64,000 nt of DNA from Eledone cirrhosa (taxonomy: Eukaryota). The stretch's first letter is position 1, and each line of letters begins with the position of its first letter. Below the pieces are notes generated by a model, which worked only from the letters and a program-made list of their open reading frames with translations, did no database searches and was not told the DNA's origin. A program made the position numbers and the translations under genes. The DNA lies in contig OZ024750.1 in assembly GCA_964016885.1 (NCBI GenBank), forward strand, positions 29,698,001-29,762,000, given 5' to 3'. Of the stretch, positions 39,225-53,443 are shown piece by piece.

Positions 39225-39625
39225 AGCAATATCATTACCAACAACAGCAGCAGCAGCAACATCAACTGCAGCAGCAATATCATTACCAACAACAACTGCA
39301 GCAGCAATATCGACACCACTACCAACAACAGCAGCAGCAACAACAACAACAACAACAACAGCAGCAATATCATTACCAACAACAGCAGCAGCAGCAGCAA
39401 CAACAACTGCAGCAGCAATATCGACACCACTACCAACAACAGCAGCAGCAACAACATCAATATCAACAACAACAGCAGCAGCAACACCACTACCAACAAC
39501 AGCAGCAACAGCAACATCACTACCAACAACATCATCCCCACCAACAACAACTGCAGCAGCAATATCGACACCACTACCAACAACAGCAACAACAATAACA
39601 TCAACACCAGTAGAAACATCAAACG

Positions 39626-39656
<31 letters not shown>

Positions 39657-40290
39657 CATCATCAATAGTAATACCACCAACAACACCACTACCACTAACA
39701 CCAACATCACCAACAACACCACTACCACTAACACCAACACCACCAACACTAACACCAACACCACCAACACAACACCACTACCACTAACACCAACACCACC
39801 ACCACTAACACCAACACCACCAACACAACACCACTACCACTAACACCAACACCACCAACACTAACACCAACACCACCAACACAACACCACTACCACTAAC
39901 ACCAACACCACCACCACTAACACCAACACCACCAACACAACACCACTACCACTAACACCAACATCACCAACAACACCACTACCACTAACACCAACACCAC
40001 CACCACTAACACCAACACCACCAACACAACACCACTACCACTAACACCAACACCACCACCACTAACACCAACACCACCAACACAACACCACTACCACTAA
40101 CACCAACAACACCAAAAACATCAACTACCAGCAACACAAACAACACCATAACCACCAACATCATAACCACCAACGACGACGACGACGACCACCACCACCA
40201 CCAAAAACACTATCGACACCGACATCACCACTACCACCAACACCAAAATACACCAACATCACCAACACCAACAACAACCAACAACACAAA
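38920..40290. repeat. CAG/CAA/ACC low-complexity tract with a 135-bp higher-order unit x3
   Basis: CGACACCACT recurs at 39041, 39176 and 39311, followed by an ACC/AAC-derived array. Confidence 0.9.
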
Positions 40291-41709
40291 CAACAACTTT
40301 TTTAAGCAATCCCAGATGGACAAAACCCAAAAGCTGATGAAATTTCGACTCAGAATGTAGACGGACGAAATTATATCCTGAAATACAATTTGACCGGCTC
40401 TCTAGTTTCCGCCAATAAAACTAAACAAATTTCTTACGTAACTTACAAGGTTTCAAATTTAAGATTAGGGGCTTAATCGATTTAATCGACCCGTGTATTT
40501 TACTGGTACTACTTACGTTATCGGAGCCACAAACGAAAGTCGTAGTGAACACTGGTAGAATTTTAACTGGATACGTTGAGGAATAGTACTAAATATTCCA
40601 AGACACTTCGTAGTTGTAATTAAAATATATATGACGTCAGATATTACGAAACAGGTATAATATATGAAATGTTCATAAGCTAACCAAGATACTCTCATGG
40701 AATGACCAAATGAGGTTTATTTTTCTACATAGACCCTGGTAAGAAACGATGCAGTTATTAATAAGAAGAGTTGAAATTAATGTATGCAAGATTTCACATC
40801 TCTAGCATCACACCTTCATAGTCAGCCTATGAAATTTTCAGCCTACCTTCATAGTTTATCTAATTAACATTCCACCCACCCCCCCATCTGTTTAAGAATC
40901 TTCTTTTCCTGTTCTTGTTGATGATGATGATGACGATTTCACCTCCATCTTTTTTATCGATGTAACTCCCTTCAGTATTATTTTTCTTCGTTCCCGTACT
41001 GTCCCCAATGTTTTCTGTCCCTGAGGCCAATATAAACATTAATCATGTCTCAATATCCTCGCCTCATCTCTGCACTTTACACCTATATATAAATGACGGT
41101 TTGTTATTCTATCTATGGAAAGACCTTCGTACAATAATAATTAACCACCTTTTTTTTTTTTTTTACACTATGTATGGAAAGGCTTTCGTGAAATAATAAA
41201 TGATGTTTATTTTATTTTTTATTTTATGTATAGAAAAACTTTCTTATAATAATAAATGATATTTTTTTTATTTATATTCTATGTATGAAAAAACCTTCGT
41301 TGCTATAATAAAAGAAAACATTATTGTTGCGATAGCAGAATCGTAGTAGTAATGTTAGTAGTAGTAGTGGCGGTGGTAGTAGTAGATGTTGTTGTAGTGG
41401 CGGTAGTAGTAGTAATGGTAGTAGAAGTGGCGGTAGTAGTTGTAGTTGTAGTAGACAAAAAGTGAGGTTTAAGTATTTCTGCTGTATCACCAAACATTAC
41501 CTTTAATAAACTCCTGATATTGTGTTGTGGTTGGTATGTAGAGACCGGCTTTTGGTGTGTTGTTATTTACACACTGGCACACACTCACATACACACACAC
41601 ATACACATATCTATATACACACACACATATGTACACACACACATATGGTACCACAACATCCAGTCCGAAACAAATGAGGTCGTGTAGGTGTCACGACAAA
41701 AAAAAAACA

Positions 41710-41922
41710 CACAGTCCACGCTGTAATGTGGCCGTGTAGGTAACACGGTAAAAACCTCCCAGTCCACACTGTAAACGTGGTTGGTGTTAGGAAGGGCATC
41801 CAGCCGTAGAAAACCAGCCAGACAGTCCTATGCGAGCAAGACAACCACTCTTGCCTCAAGTGGGAAAACTCCCGTCCAAACCCATGCAAGCGTGGAAGAT
41901 GGACGTTAAACGATGATGATGA
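41710..41922 (+). mobile_element. retroposon 3' end with (GAT)n tail (RTE-type tail)
   Basis: GGTTGGTGTTAGGAAGGGCATCCAGCCGTAGAAA..CCATGCAAGCGTGGAA..GGACGTTAAACGATGATGATGAT. Confidence 0.6.
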
Positions 41923-41967
41923 TATATATATAATATAAGATCAAAAGATGGTTAAAAGAGTTCCATG

Positions 41968-42038
41968 TATTTTATTATGCGCATTTCAAAAACAAATATC
42001 ATCATGGGATGATAGTTGCGTTCTCATCAGATAAAATA
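41968..42038 (-). ncRNA. type I hammerhead ribozyme within a ~160-bp element (41938-42099) in (TA)n
   Basis: Minus strand: TATTTTAT-CTGATGA-[GAACGCAAC TATCATC CCAT GATGATA TTTGTTTTT]-GAAA-TGCGCA-TA-ATAAAATA. 8-bp perfect stem I, intact core, palindromic stem III. Confidence 0.85.
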
Positions 42039-42093
42039 GGGAGACATGATATGAAGCTTAAAAAACACTTGCGAGCAGTGAAATGTTAAATCA

Positions 42094-42189
<96 letters not shown>

Positions 42190-42989
42190 CCATACGAAAT
42201 TCTATTCGCGGTTTGTGCAACAGCTGGCACACACCCATACGAAATTCTATTCGCGGTTTGTGCAACAGCTGGCACACACAAAGCGCTCATAAACACAGAT
42301 ACATGTGTACCACACACGCGCACACATTTATTTGCATGTGTGTATATATGTAATGTGTCTAATGTATGTATGTGTGTATGTATATATTTGTGTATGTATG
42401 TGTGTATGTATATATTTGTGTATGTATGTGTGTATGTATGTATGTATTTATGTATATGTGTATGTATATATTTGTGTGTAATGTGTGTATGTATGTATGT
42501 ATGTATATATGTATTTATGTATGTATATATATATATATTTCTTTTTTTTATTGTATTTTATTTTTTATTTATCTATTAATTTTTTTTTTCTCCTTGTGCA
42601 ATGGCCATACTCGATAACGAGGGGGCAGCCATCATGTATTTATGTATGTGTGTAAGTATATATTTGTGTGGAATGTGTGTATGTATATATGTATTTATGT
42701 ATGTGTGTATGTATATATTTGTGTGGAATGTGTGTATGTATGTATATATGTATTTATGTATGTGTGTATGTATATATTTGTGTGTAATGTGTGTATGTAT
42801 GTATGTGTGTATGTATGTATATATGTATTTATGTATGTGTATGTATATATGTATGTGTGTGTGTGTGTGTGTGCATGTATGTATGTAATATAAATAGAAA
42901 CTGCAGAAGCCCATCGTATATGTGTGTGTACGTGTATGCTTCTGTGTGGGCATGTGTGTGTGTGTCTATATTTACATTCGTGTCTGTCT

Positions 42990-43215
42990 GGTGTTTATGT
43001 CCCGTAACTTAGCGGTTCGACAAGAATGGATCAATAAAATGGGTACCAGACTTGGGAAACAAAAATGTACACTGGAATTGACATGGTTGACAAAAATGAA
43101 GGCAGTGCTCCAGCATGGCAGCAGTCTAATGACTAAAACCCACAAAAGAAGGCAGTGCTGCCACAGCATGGCCGCAGTCTAATAACTGAAACCCGTAAAA
43201 GAAGGCAGTGCCCTA
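42990..43215 (+). mobile_element. 3' part of SINE family D seeding the adjacent array
   Basis: GTAACTTAGCGGTTCGACAA..GTACCAGACTT..AAGGCAGTGCTCCAGCATGG; two longer ~52-bp proto-units precede the 36-bp array. Confidence 0.75.
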
Positions 43216-46200
43216 GCATGGCCACAGTCTAATGACTGAAACACTGCCACAGCATGGCCACAGTCTAATGACTGAAACACTGCCACAGCATGGCCACAGT
43301 CTAATGACTGAAACTCTGCCACAGCATGTCCACAGTCTAATGACTGAAACACTGCCACAGCATGGCCACAGTCTAATGACTGAAACTCTGCCACAGCATG
43401 GCCACAGTCTAATGACTGAAACACTGCCACAGCATGGCCACAGTCTAATGACTGAAACACTGCCACAGCATGGCCACAGTCTAATGACTGAAACACTGCC
43501 ACACATGGCCACAGTCTAATGACTGAAACTCTGCTGCAGCATGGCCACAGTCTAATGACTGAAACTCTGCCACAGCATGGCCACAGTCTAATGACTGAAA
43601 CACTGCCACAGCATGGCCACAGTCTAATGACTGAAACACTGCCACACATGGCCACAGTCTAATGACTGAAACACTGCCACAGCATGGCCACAGTCTAATG
43701 ACTGAAACACTGCCACAGCATTGCCACAGTCTAATGACTGAAACACTGCCACAGCATGGCCACAGTCTAATGACTGAAACTCTGCCACAGCATGGCCACA
43801 GTCTAATGACTGAAACACTGCCCAGCATGGCCACAGTCTAATGACTGAAACACTGCCACACATGGCCACAGTCTAATGACTGAAACTCTGCTGCAGCATG
43901 GCCACAGTCTAATGACTGAAACACTGCCACAGCATGGCCACAGTCTAATGACTGAAACACTGCTGCAGCATGGCCACAGTCTAATGACTGAAACACTGCT
44001 GCAGCATGGCCACAGTCTAATGACTGAAACACTGCTGCAGCATGGCCACAGTCTAATGACTGAAACACTGCCACAGCATGGCCACAGTCTAATGACTGAA
44101 ACTCTGCTGCAGCATGGCCACAGTCTAATGACTGAAACACTGCCACAGCATGGCCACAGTCTAATGATTGAAACACTGCCACACATGGCCACAGTCTAAT
44201 GACTGAAACACTGCCACAGCATGGCCACAGATTAATGACTGAAACACTGCCACAGCATGGCCACAGTCTAATGACTGAAACACTGCTGCAGCATGGCCAC
44301 AGTCTAATGACTGAAACACTGCCACAGCATGGCCACAGTCTAATGACTGAAACACTGCTGCAGCATGGCCACAGTCTAATGACTGAAACACTGCCACAGC
44401 ATGGCCACAGTCTAATGACTGAAACACTGCCACAGCATGGCCACAGATTAATGACTGAAACACTGCCACAGCATGGCCACAGTCTAATGACTGAAACACT
44501 GCCACAGCATGGCCACAGTCTAATGACTGAAACACTGCCACAGCATGGCCACAGTCTAATGACTGAAATACTGCTGCAGCATGGCCACAGTCTAATGACT
44601 GAAACACTGCTGCAGCATGGCCACAGTCTAATGACTGAAACACTGCCACAGCATGGCCACAGTCTAATGACTGAAATACTGCTGCAGCATGGCCACAGTC
44701 TAATGACTGAAACACTGCTGCAGCATGGCCACAGTCTAATGACTGAAACACTGCCACAGCATGGCCACAGTCTAATGACTGAAATACTGCTGCAGCATGG
44801 CCACAGTCTAATGACTGAAACACTGCTGCAGCATGGCCACAGTCTAATGACTGAAACACTGCCACAGCATGGCCACAGATTAATGACTGAAACACTGCCA
44901 CAGCATGGCCACAGTCTAATGACTGAAACACTGCCACAGCATGGCCACAGTCTAATGACTGAAACACTGCTGCAGCATGGCCACAGTCTAATGACTGAAA
45001 CACTGCCACAGCATGGCCACAGTCTAATGACTGAAACACTGCTGCACCATGGCCACAGTCTAATGACTGAAACACTGCTGCAGCATGGCCACAGTCTAAT
45101 GACTGAAACACTGCCACAGCATGGCCACAGTCTAATGACTGAAACACTGCCACAGCATGGCCACAGTCTAATGACTGAAACACTGCCACAGCATGGCCAC
45201 AGTCTAATGACTGAAACACTGCTGCAGCATGGCCACAGTCTAATGACTGAAACACTGCTGCAGCATGGCCACAGTCTAATGACTGAAACACTGCCACAGC
45301 ATGGCCACAGTCTAATGACTGAAACACTGCCACAGCATGGCCACAGTCTAATGACTGAAACACTGCCACAGCATGGCCACAGTCTAATGACTGAAACACT
45401 GCTGCAGCATGGCCACAGTCTAATGACTGAAACACTGCTGCAGCATGGCCACAGTCTAATGACTGAAACACTGCCACAGCATGGCCACAGTCTAATGACT
45501 GAAACACTGCCACAGCATGGCCACAGTCTAATGACTGAAATACTGCTGCAGCATGGCCACAGTTTAATGACTGAAACTCTGCTGCAGCATGGCCACAGTC
45601 TAATGACTGAAACACTGCCACAGCATGGCCACAGTCTAATGACTGAAATACTGCTGCAGATTGGCCACAGTCTAATGACTGAAACACTGCCACAGCATGG
45701 CCACAGTCTAATGACTGAAACACTGCCACAGCATGGCCACAGTCTAATGACTGAAATACTGCTGCAGCATGGCCACAGTCTAATGACTGAAACTCTGCTG
45801 CAGCATGGCCACAGTCTAATGACTGAAACACTGCCACAGCATGGCCACAGTCTAATGACTGAAACACTGCCACAGCATGGCCACAGTCTAATGACTGAAT
45901 TACTGCTGCAGCATGGCCACAGTAGAATGACTGAAACTCTGCTGCAGCATGGCCACAGTCTAATGACTGAAACACTGCTGCAGCATGGCCACGGTCTAAT
46001 GACTGAAACACTGCCACAGCATGGCCACAGTCTAATGACTGAAACACTGCTGCAGCATGGCCACAGTCTAATGACTGAAACACTGCCACAGCATGGCCAC
46101 AGTCTAATGACTGAAACACTGCTGCAGCATGGCCACAGTCTAATGACTGAAACACTGCTGCAGCATGGCCACAGTCTAATGACTGAAACACTGCCACAGC

Positions 46201-46872
46201 ATGGCCACAGTCTAATGACTGAAACACTGCCACAGCATGGCCACAGTCTAATGACTGAAATACTGCTGCAGCATGGCCACAGTCTAATGACTGAAACACT
46301 GCTGCAGCATGGCCACAGTCTAATGACTGAAACACTGCCACAGCATGGCCACAGTCTAATGACTGAAACACTGCCACAGCATGGCCACAGTCTAATGACT
46401 GAAACACTGCCACGGCATGGCCACAGTCTAATGACTGAAACACTGCTGCAGCATGGCCACAGTCTAATGACTGAAACACTGCTGCAGCATGGCCACAGTC
46501 TAATGACTGAAACACTGCCACAGCATGGCCACAGTCTAATGACTGAAACACTGCCACAGCATGGCCACAGTCTAATGACTGAAACACTGCCACAGCATGG
46601 CCACAGTCTAATGACTGAAACACTGCCACAGCATGGCCACAGTCTAATGACTGAAACACTGCCACAGCATGGCCACAGTCTAATGACTGAAACACTGCCA
46701 CAGCATGGCCACAGTCTAATGACTGAAACACTGCCACAGCATGGCCACAGTCTAATGACTGAAATACTGCTGCAGCATGGCCACAGTCTAATGACTGAAA
46801 CACTGCTGCAGCATGGCCACAGTCTAATGACTGAAACACTGCTGCAGCATGGCCACAGTCTAATGACTGAAA
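43215..46872 (+). repeat. 36-bp minisatellite, ~100 copies
   Basis: Unit CTGC(CA/TG)CAGCATGGCCACAGTCTAATGACTGAAACA. Confidence 0.98.
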
Positions 46873-47142
46873 CCCATCGAAAATAAAGAAAGAATAAAAG
46901 CTAAAGCTGGAAAAGGGCAGAAAGGAGAGGGAGAGCCACAAATTCCGACATTGACTGCAGGGAATTAGAGAGAGGGGGAGGGAGGGTGATTGGGAGGTAT
47001 ATATATATATACACATACACATACATATATATATACATATATATATAGAGAGAGAGAGAGAGGGAAAGAGAGAGAAGAAATGTGTTGCATCACAGAGATA
47101 AATGAAAGTTGTAAGACAAGCAGGCTCTACGTAAGTACACAG

Positions 47143-47173
<31 letters not shown>

Positions 47174-47372
47174 CATACATACATATGTGTATATGCACAC
47201 ACACACAGACACATGCACATATGTTTATTTGCACGAACGAACACATGCGCGCGCGCACACACATAAGCACGTGTATATATTAGTATCTAAACTAAAGGAA
47301 GGTCTGCGGGATTGCGTACGGTTTATTTTTTTTTATCCCGTTTGTAAAATAAGTTGGATTACTTTGAATAAA

Positions 47373-47484
47373 TAATTGTTTCTACTTTTGGCACAAGGCC
47401 AGCAAAACCCCAGTACATTACTGGTACTTTATTTTATCGACCCCGTAAGGATGAAAGGCAAAGTTAACCTTGGCGGGATTTGAA
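47373..47484 (-). mobile_element. 5'-truncated SINE A
   Basis: Core and 3' end present. Confidence 0.8.
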
Positions 47485-47764
47485 AATAATGAATGAATAT
47501 TACATAATTTATCTACTAAATTTCGTGGCTGTTCATTAAATATATTTTGTTTAAAGATTCACTTCTTTAAAATTTCTGAAATGTCAACACTTCCGGTGGC
47601 AATCGCTTAAATAAACATACTAATTTTCCGTCACTAATTTTCTCCTAATGCAGTTTATATATAATATCGTCTTTTATCGAAGGGTGGTTTTCTGCTAGTA
47701 TATATAACTGAAAAAGTTGAACATACATACATATACCGACAGTCGATCGACTTTCGTCAAATCG

Positions 47765-47940
47765 GACCGAGGAGAGAATGTTTCCATTGGTCTTTCCAAT
47801 TGCTAATACTATCTATCGGTCGCAACTCCAGGTAGAAGGAGCAACGTGAAATAAAGTATCTTGCCTAAGGACATAACGCATCGCCTTCACACTCAACTTC
47901 ACGATTGCGAATCCAATTCTCTAACCACTCAGCCACGGCC

Positions 47941-47943
<3 letters not shown>
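47765..47943 (-). mobile_element. tRNA-derived CORE-like SINE (uninterrupted paralogue of 6762-7128)
   Basis: Sense head GGCCGTGGCTGAGTGGTTAGAG, then TGTCCTTAGGCAAGATACTTTATTTCACGTTGCTC. Confidence 0.7.
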
Positions 47944-48019
<76 letters not shown>

Positions 48020-48253
48020 CATGTGTGTATTGTTGATATTGTTTATCCTATCCACAAGTAAATATTCCAGCCGTGACCATCCCGTCCATCTCCCCGGTAT
48101 TACCATATATAGAAGATGCATTACATTCACTACAAAACGCATCCATTTTTGTTTCAGATGCAATTTTAGCAGACCCAACAAATGCATAACAGATCCCTCA
48201 TAATTTATACACGACCCTATATATATATATATATATACATATGCACACAAACA

Positions 48254-48297
<44 letters not shown>

Positions 48298-48689
48298 TAC
48301 ACATATACACACACACATACACACACACACATATATATGTGTGTGTGTGTATGTATGTATATGTGTGTGTGTATATATATATATATATATACCAATAAGC
48401 AGGAATGAAGTCAAGGTTGCGCTATAAATAAACATTATTATTACATATGATAATTGTTTCGATATCGATCAGCTCAGGGTTCGATCACAATGATCGGGGC
48501 TTGCCCGACTCCACATCAATATCTCATTAGGTATGCGAGTTCCGATTCGTAGACGCAAAACACACATATACACGTATATGTGTGTATCTTTATCTATCCA
48601 TCTATACATATAAATATATATGTGTATATATACACATACACACACATATATATATATTATGGAATACTACAATAATTTCTATACTTTTC

Positions 48690-48748
<59 letters not shown>

Positions 48749-49688
48749 CGTGTATGTACATTCTTCTACAGGCGATATCTTGTGAATGGTTCTGATGTTG
48801 CTAAGTTATTTCAAAATAAAGTACCAGTAATGCACTGGGTAATTGCTGGCCTTGTGCCTAAAGTAGAAACAGTTATTTCAATGTAATTTCACCTTCGTCT
48901 TTCAATAATCCAGTGTAAGCGTGTTGTTAAGGATTAGCGATGAAGTCTCACACACACACATATATTAGAAAATATTTCTCTCTCTCTCTCTCTCTTATTC
49001 AGATATTGTCGCTTTCTCTTTCACACTCTCTGACACCATCTCTCTTTTCCCTCTTTCTCTCTCACATACCTAGCTTAGCTCTGTCTCTTTCTTCTTCTCT
49101 CTCTCACACATACCACAGTGTCCCTCTCCATATTTCTCTCTCTCTCTCTCTCTGTCTCACACACAGCACAGTCTCACCACTCTTTTCATCTTTCTCTCCA
49201 TCTCTCTCTCACATAACACACACACACTCTCCATCTCTCTCTTTCACATAACACACACACACTCTCCATCTCTCTCTTTCACATAACACGCACACTCTCC
49301 ATCTCTCTCTTTCACATAACACACACACTCTCCATCTCTCTCTTTCACATAACACATACACATTCTCCATCTCTCTCTTTCACATAACACACACACTCTC
49401 CATCTCTCTCTTTCACATAGCACTCTCTCCCTATCTCTCTTTCACATAGCACTCTCTCTTTCCCCATCTCTAACCCCCCCCCCCCTCTTTTGTTTTATTA
49501 TTAATCTGTTCAATTGAGATTGTATTAATATAAAACTGGTGTGGCCAGGTGGATTACACCGTTACCTCATCCCCCGCTCCATAACAACACCAACACCAAC
49601 ACCAACAAAAACACAACAGTTATTAGACAATAAAATCTTAAGTAATGAAAATAAAAAAAATAACAAAAATAAATATAATGGAAAAGAA

Positions 49689-49721
<33 letters not shown>

Positions 49722-50059
49722 AAGAGAGTTGAAGAACGAAGAGAGATAGAAAGAAAAAAGCGAAAGATTAAAAAAGAAAAGAAGAGAAAATAGAGAGATA
49801 GTGAAAAAGAGAAACGAGCGAAACAAAAACAGAGAGAAAGAACGAAAGAAAGAAAGAAAGTAAGAAATATCAAACAAATAGATAAATAAATAGATAAATA
49901 AATAAATAAGCGATTCGAAAAAAATAATAACATTGAATAAAAATAAAAAAAGATGTGAGTTAAATTGTAAAACTTACTTTCGGTTGAAAAAGTGTAAAAT
50001 ATCGTGAGATGAAGGGAAATCCCGAGTTGTGTTGTGTTTGAGAGGTAGAGTGAGTTTTG

Positions 50060-51570
50060 TTAGTTGTAGCTGTAGTAGTAGTGGTAGTAGTAGTAGTAGT
50101 AGCAGCAGCTGGTTAAACAACAGCAGTAGTAGTAGTAGCAGTAGTGATGGTGCTAGTAGTAGCAGTAGCAACTACAGCAGTGGCAGCAGCTGGTTAAGCA
50201 ACAGCAATAGCAGCAGCAGCAGCAGTAGTAGTAGCAGTAGTGATGGTGCTAGTAGTAGCAGTAGCAACTACAGCAGTGGCAGCAGCTGGTTAAGCAACAG
50301 CAATAGCAGCAGTAGTAGTAGTAGTAGTAGCAGTAGTGATGGTGCTAGTAGTAGCAGTAGCAACTACAGCAGTGGCAGCAGCTGGTTAAGCAACAGCAAT
50401 AGCAGCAGCAGCAGCAGTAGTAGTAGTAGCAGTAGTGATGGTGCTAGTAGTAGCAGTAGCAACTACAGCAGTGGCAGCAGCTGGTTAAGCAACAGCAGCA
50501 GCAGCAGCAGTAGTACCTACAGCAGTGGTAGCAGCAGTGGGTTAAACAACAGTAGTAGTAGTAGCACCTACAGCAGTGGTAGCAGCTGGCTAAACAGCAA
50601 CATCAGTAGTTACAGTGGCACCTACAGCAGTGGTAGCAGCAGTAGTAGTAACGGCAGCAGCATCAACGGCAGTGGTAGCAGCAGCAGCTTGCTAAACAAC
50701 AGCAGCGGCAGCAGTGGCGGCAGTCGTAACAGCACCTACAGCAGTGGTAGCGGCAGCAGTAGTAACGGCAGCAGCATCAACGGCAGTGGTAGCAGCAGCA
50801 GCTTGCTAAACAACAGCAGCGGCAGCAGTGGCGGCAGTCGTAACAGCACCTACAGCAGTGGTAGCGGCAGCAGTAGTAGTAACGGCAGCAGCATCAACGG
50901 CAATGGTAGCAGCAGCTTGCTAAACAACAGCAGTGGCGGCAGTCGTAACAGCACCTACAGCAGTGGTAGCGGCAGCAGTAGTAGTAACGGCAGCAGCATC
51001 AACGGCAATGGTAGCAGCAGCTTGCTAAACAACAGCAGTGGCGGCAGTCGTAACAGCACCTACAGCAGTGGCAGCAGCAGCTGGTTAAACAACAGCAGCA
51101 TCACTGGTAGCAGCTGGCTAAATGACAACAGCAGCAGCAGCAGCAGAACTATCAGCAGTAGCAGTAGCGGCGGCAGCAGCTGGCCAAACAACAGCAGCAG
51201 CAGTAACAGCAGCAGCTGGCTAAAGAATAGCAACAACGGTAGCAACAGCAGCAGTTAAAGGAACTATGACAGTGTTTGCGAGGAAGAGTGGAACGAGAGA
51301 CTAGAGTAGCAGCATCAGCAGTAACAGCAGTAACCGGCTAAAGAACAGCAGCAACAGCAGCAGCAATAACAGTAGCAGCAGCAACAACAGCAACAAGCTA
51401 AGAATCAACAACAGTAGTAGCAGCAGCAGCAGCAACAGCAATAAAAAGCAACAGCAGTGCCACCACCAACAACAGCAGCAGCATGAACAACAGTAACAGC
51501 ACAGCAGCACCGGCAGCAGCTCCGACAGCAGCACCGACAGCAGCAACGACTGCAGCACCAGCAGCAAGAA
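50060..51570. repeat. (AGC/AGT)-derived low-complexity tract with ~95-bp and ~120-bp higher-order duplications
   Basis: Blocks GATGGTGCTAGT..AACTACAGCAGTGGC x4 and AGTCGTAACAGCACCTAC x4. Confidence 0.85.
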
Positions 51571-53001
51571 CAGCAGAGTAACTTTGATAGTGTTTGCACC
51601 TGGCTACCGTCTCCAGTCTACATCATTGACGCCGTCCCTTTCTATTAACACATACACACACTCACACACATAAATGCGCAGACCCATATACACATACACA
51701 CTCACACGCACAAAAACGCACATACACAAACACACACACACATGCACATAAACATACACACAACTACGGATATCCCCCCACCCTCCCTCCCTCTCCACAC
51801 ATATATATGCACACGCATATACATGAACAGAAATTCATACACACACACAGACATTCACACACCCACATACACAAGCACACACAAATATGACCACAGACAT
51901 ACACAAGCACACACATAAACGCATACATACATACACACACGCACACGCACGGACGCACACATACATTTAGACATATACATTATATGCTTTTCACGGACGT
52001 ACACAAACACATGTACACACACACACATACTCATAAGTATAAGCACACACATGCACACACACACACTCACACACACAGAAATACACGTACGCGCACACAT
52101 ACGAATACACACAGTGTGCTTTTAAGGAATACACACTCACGCATACGCATAAGCATGTACATGCACACATACACATGCATTTCGCGCACACACATTCACG
52201 TATAATTTACATGCACACACTTACGTATGCTTTATACTCACGCACATGTTGATAAAGCGCAAGCACATACATATGCGCACTCATACACAAGAATACGTAC
52301 ACACGCGGGCTTACGCGTACGCGCAACACACACACACACACACACTCACACACATATATATACATATTTATATATATATACACATGCGTGCGCATTCACG
52401 CGATAAAGTTAGCTTTTGTTATTCCGAAAGATTTTATTTCTAGCATTAGGTATGTGCGTGTGTATGTATGTATGTATGTATGTATGTATGTATGTATGTA
52501 TGTATGATGGTATGTATGTATGTATGTATGTATGTATGTATGTATGTATGTATGTATGTATGTATGTATGTATGTAGATATGTATGTATATATGTATGGA
52601 TGTATGCATGGATACGTGTTTGCATTTATGTGTACATAGGTATATTAATTTTATATATAGTGAACTCCCAGCATTCGCGGTCCCGGTTATTCTCGGAATT
52701 TTCCTTAGAACCTAACTAATAATTGTTTCTACGTTTGGCACAAGGCCAGCAAATAACCCAGTGCATTACTGGTACTTTATTTTAACTAATAATTGCTGGA
52801 GGAAACCACCACATATTCGCGCAATCGTAAATATCGTTTTAACGCTAAATTATTAATAACAATATACCAAATTTGCCGGCCTATATTTTACGTTATATTT
52901 TGACGTTTATAGGCATTTCTATGGACCACGTCCAGTATTCGTTGTTTTTCGCTCTTTGCTGGTGCTCTAGGTACGTAACTCCCTGCTAATACCGGGGACA
53001 A

Positions 53002-53031
<30 letters not shown>

Positions 53032-53032
<1 letters not shown>

Positions 53033-53243
53033 ACGAAGGAAATGTGGTAAGGAACCAGGTGGACCATAACGCACCAAAGTACTCAATACTTGGGGTAGTA
53101 GAGTGGGTAATAGGAACCAGTAAGACCCCGACAGCTGAGCTCAAGCCGTTTCGACGGCTAATTCTGGACTAAAATAGTCCAGATTTTAGTCCAGAATTAG
53201 CCGTCGAAACGGCTTGAGCTCAGCTGTCGGGGTCTTACTGGTT

Positions 53244-53248
<5 letters not shown>
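53032..53248 (-). mobile_element. fold-back element 3
   Basis: Perfect 66-bp inverted arms (53110-53175 / 53183-53248) plus a tail nearly identical to that of element 1; (TA)n on both sides. Confidence 0.9.
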
Positions 53249-53306
<58 letters not shown>

Positions 53307-53443
53307 ATTATATATGTATTATATGTTACTAGTTAAAACCGATATTATTCAAGTTAGTATACTATACTTAAGAGAGTAGATGTTATCAAAGGACGTGATG
53401 CCCGACGATCAAACTTAAACCGTTATGTATGTATGTATGTAGA

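Noticed and set aside
38909-39668. poly-Q / poly-N ORFs
   Set aside because: Low-complexity triplet tract open in multiple frames, starting within a retroposon end.
40715-40744. Possible 6-nt microexon (TTTTTCTACATAG|ACCCTG|GTAAGA)
   Set aside because: Expected by chance in AT-rich DNA; no partner exons seen.
43215-46872. CRISPR-like 36-bp repeat or 895/1033-aa repeat protein
   Set aside because: There are no unique spacers, the context is eukaryotic, and the unit is traceable to a SINE tail.
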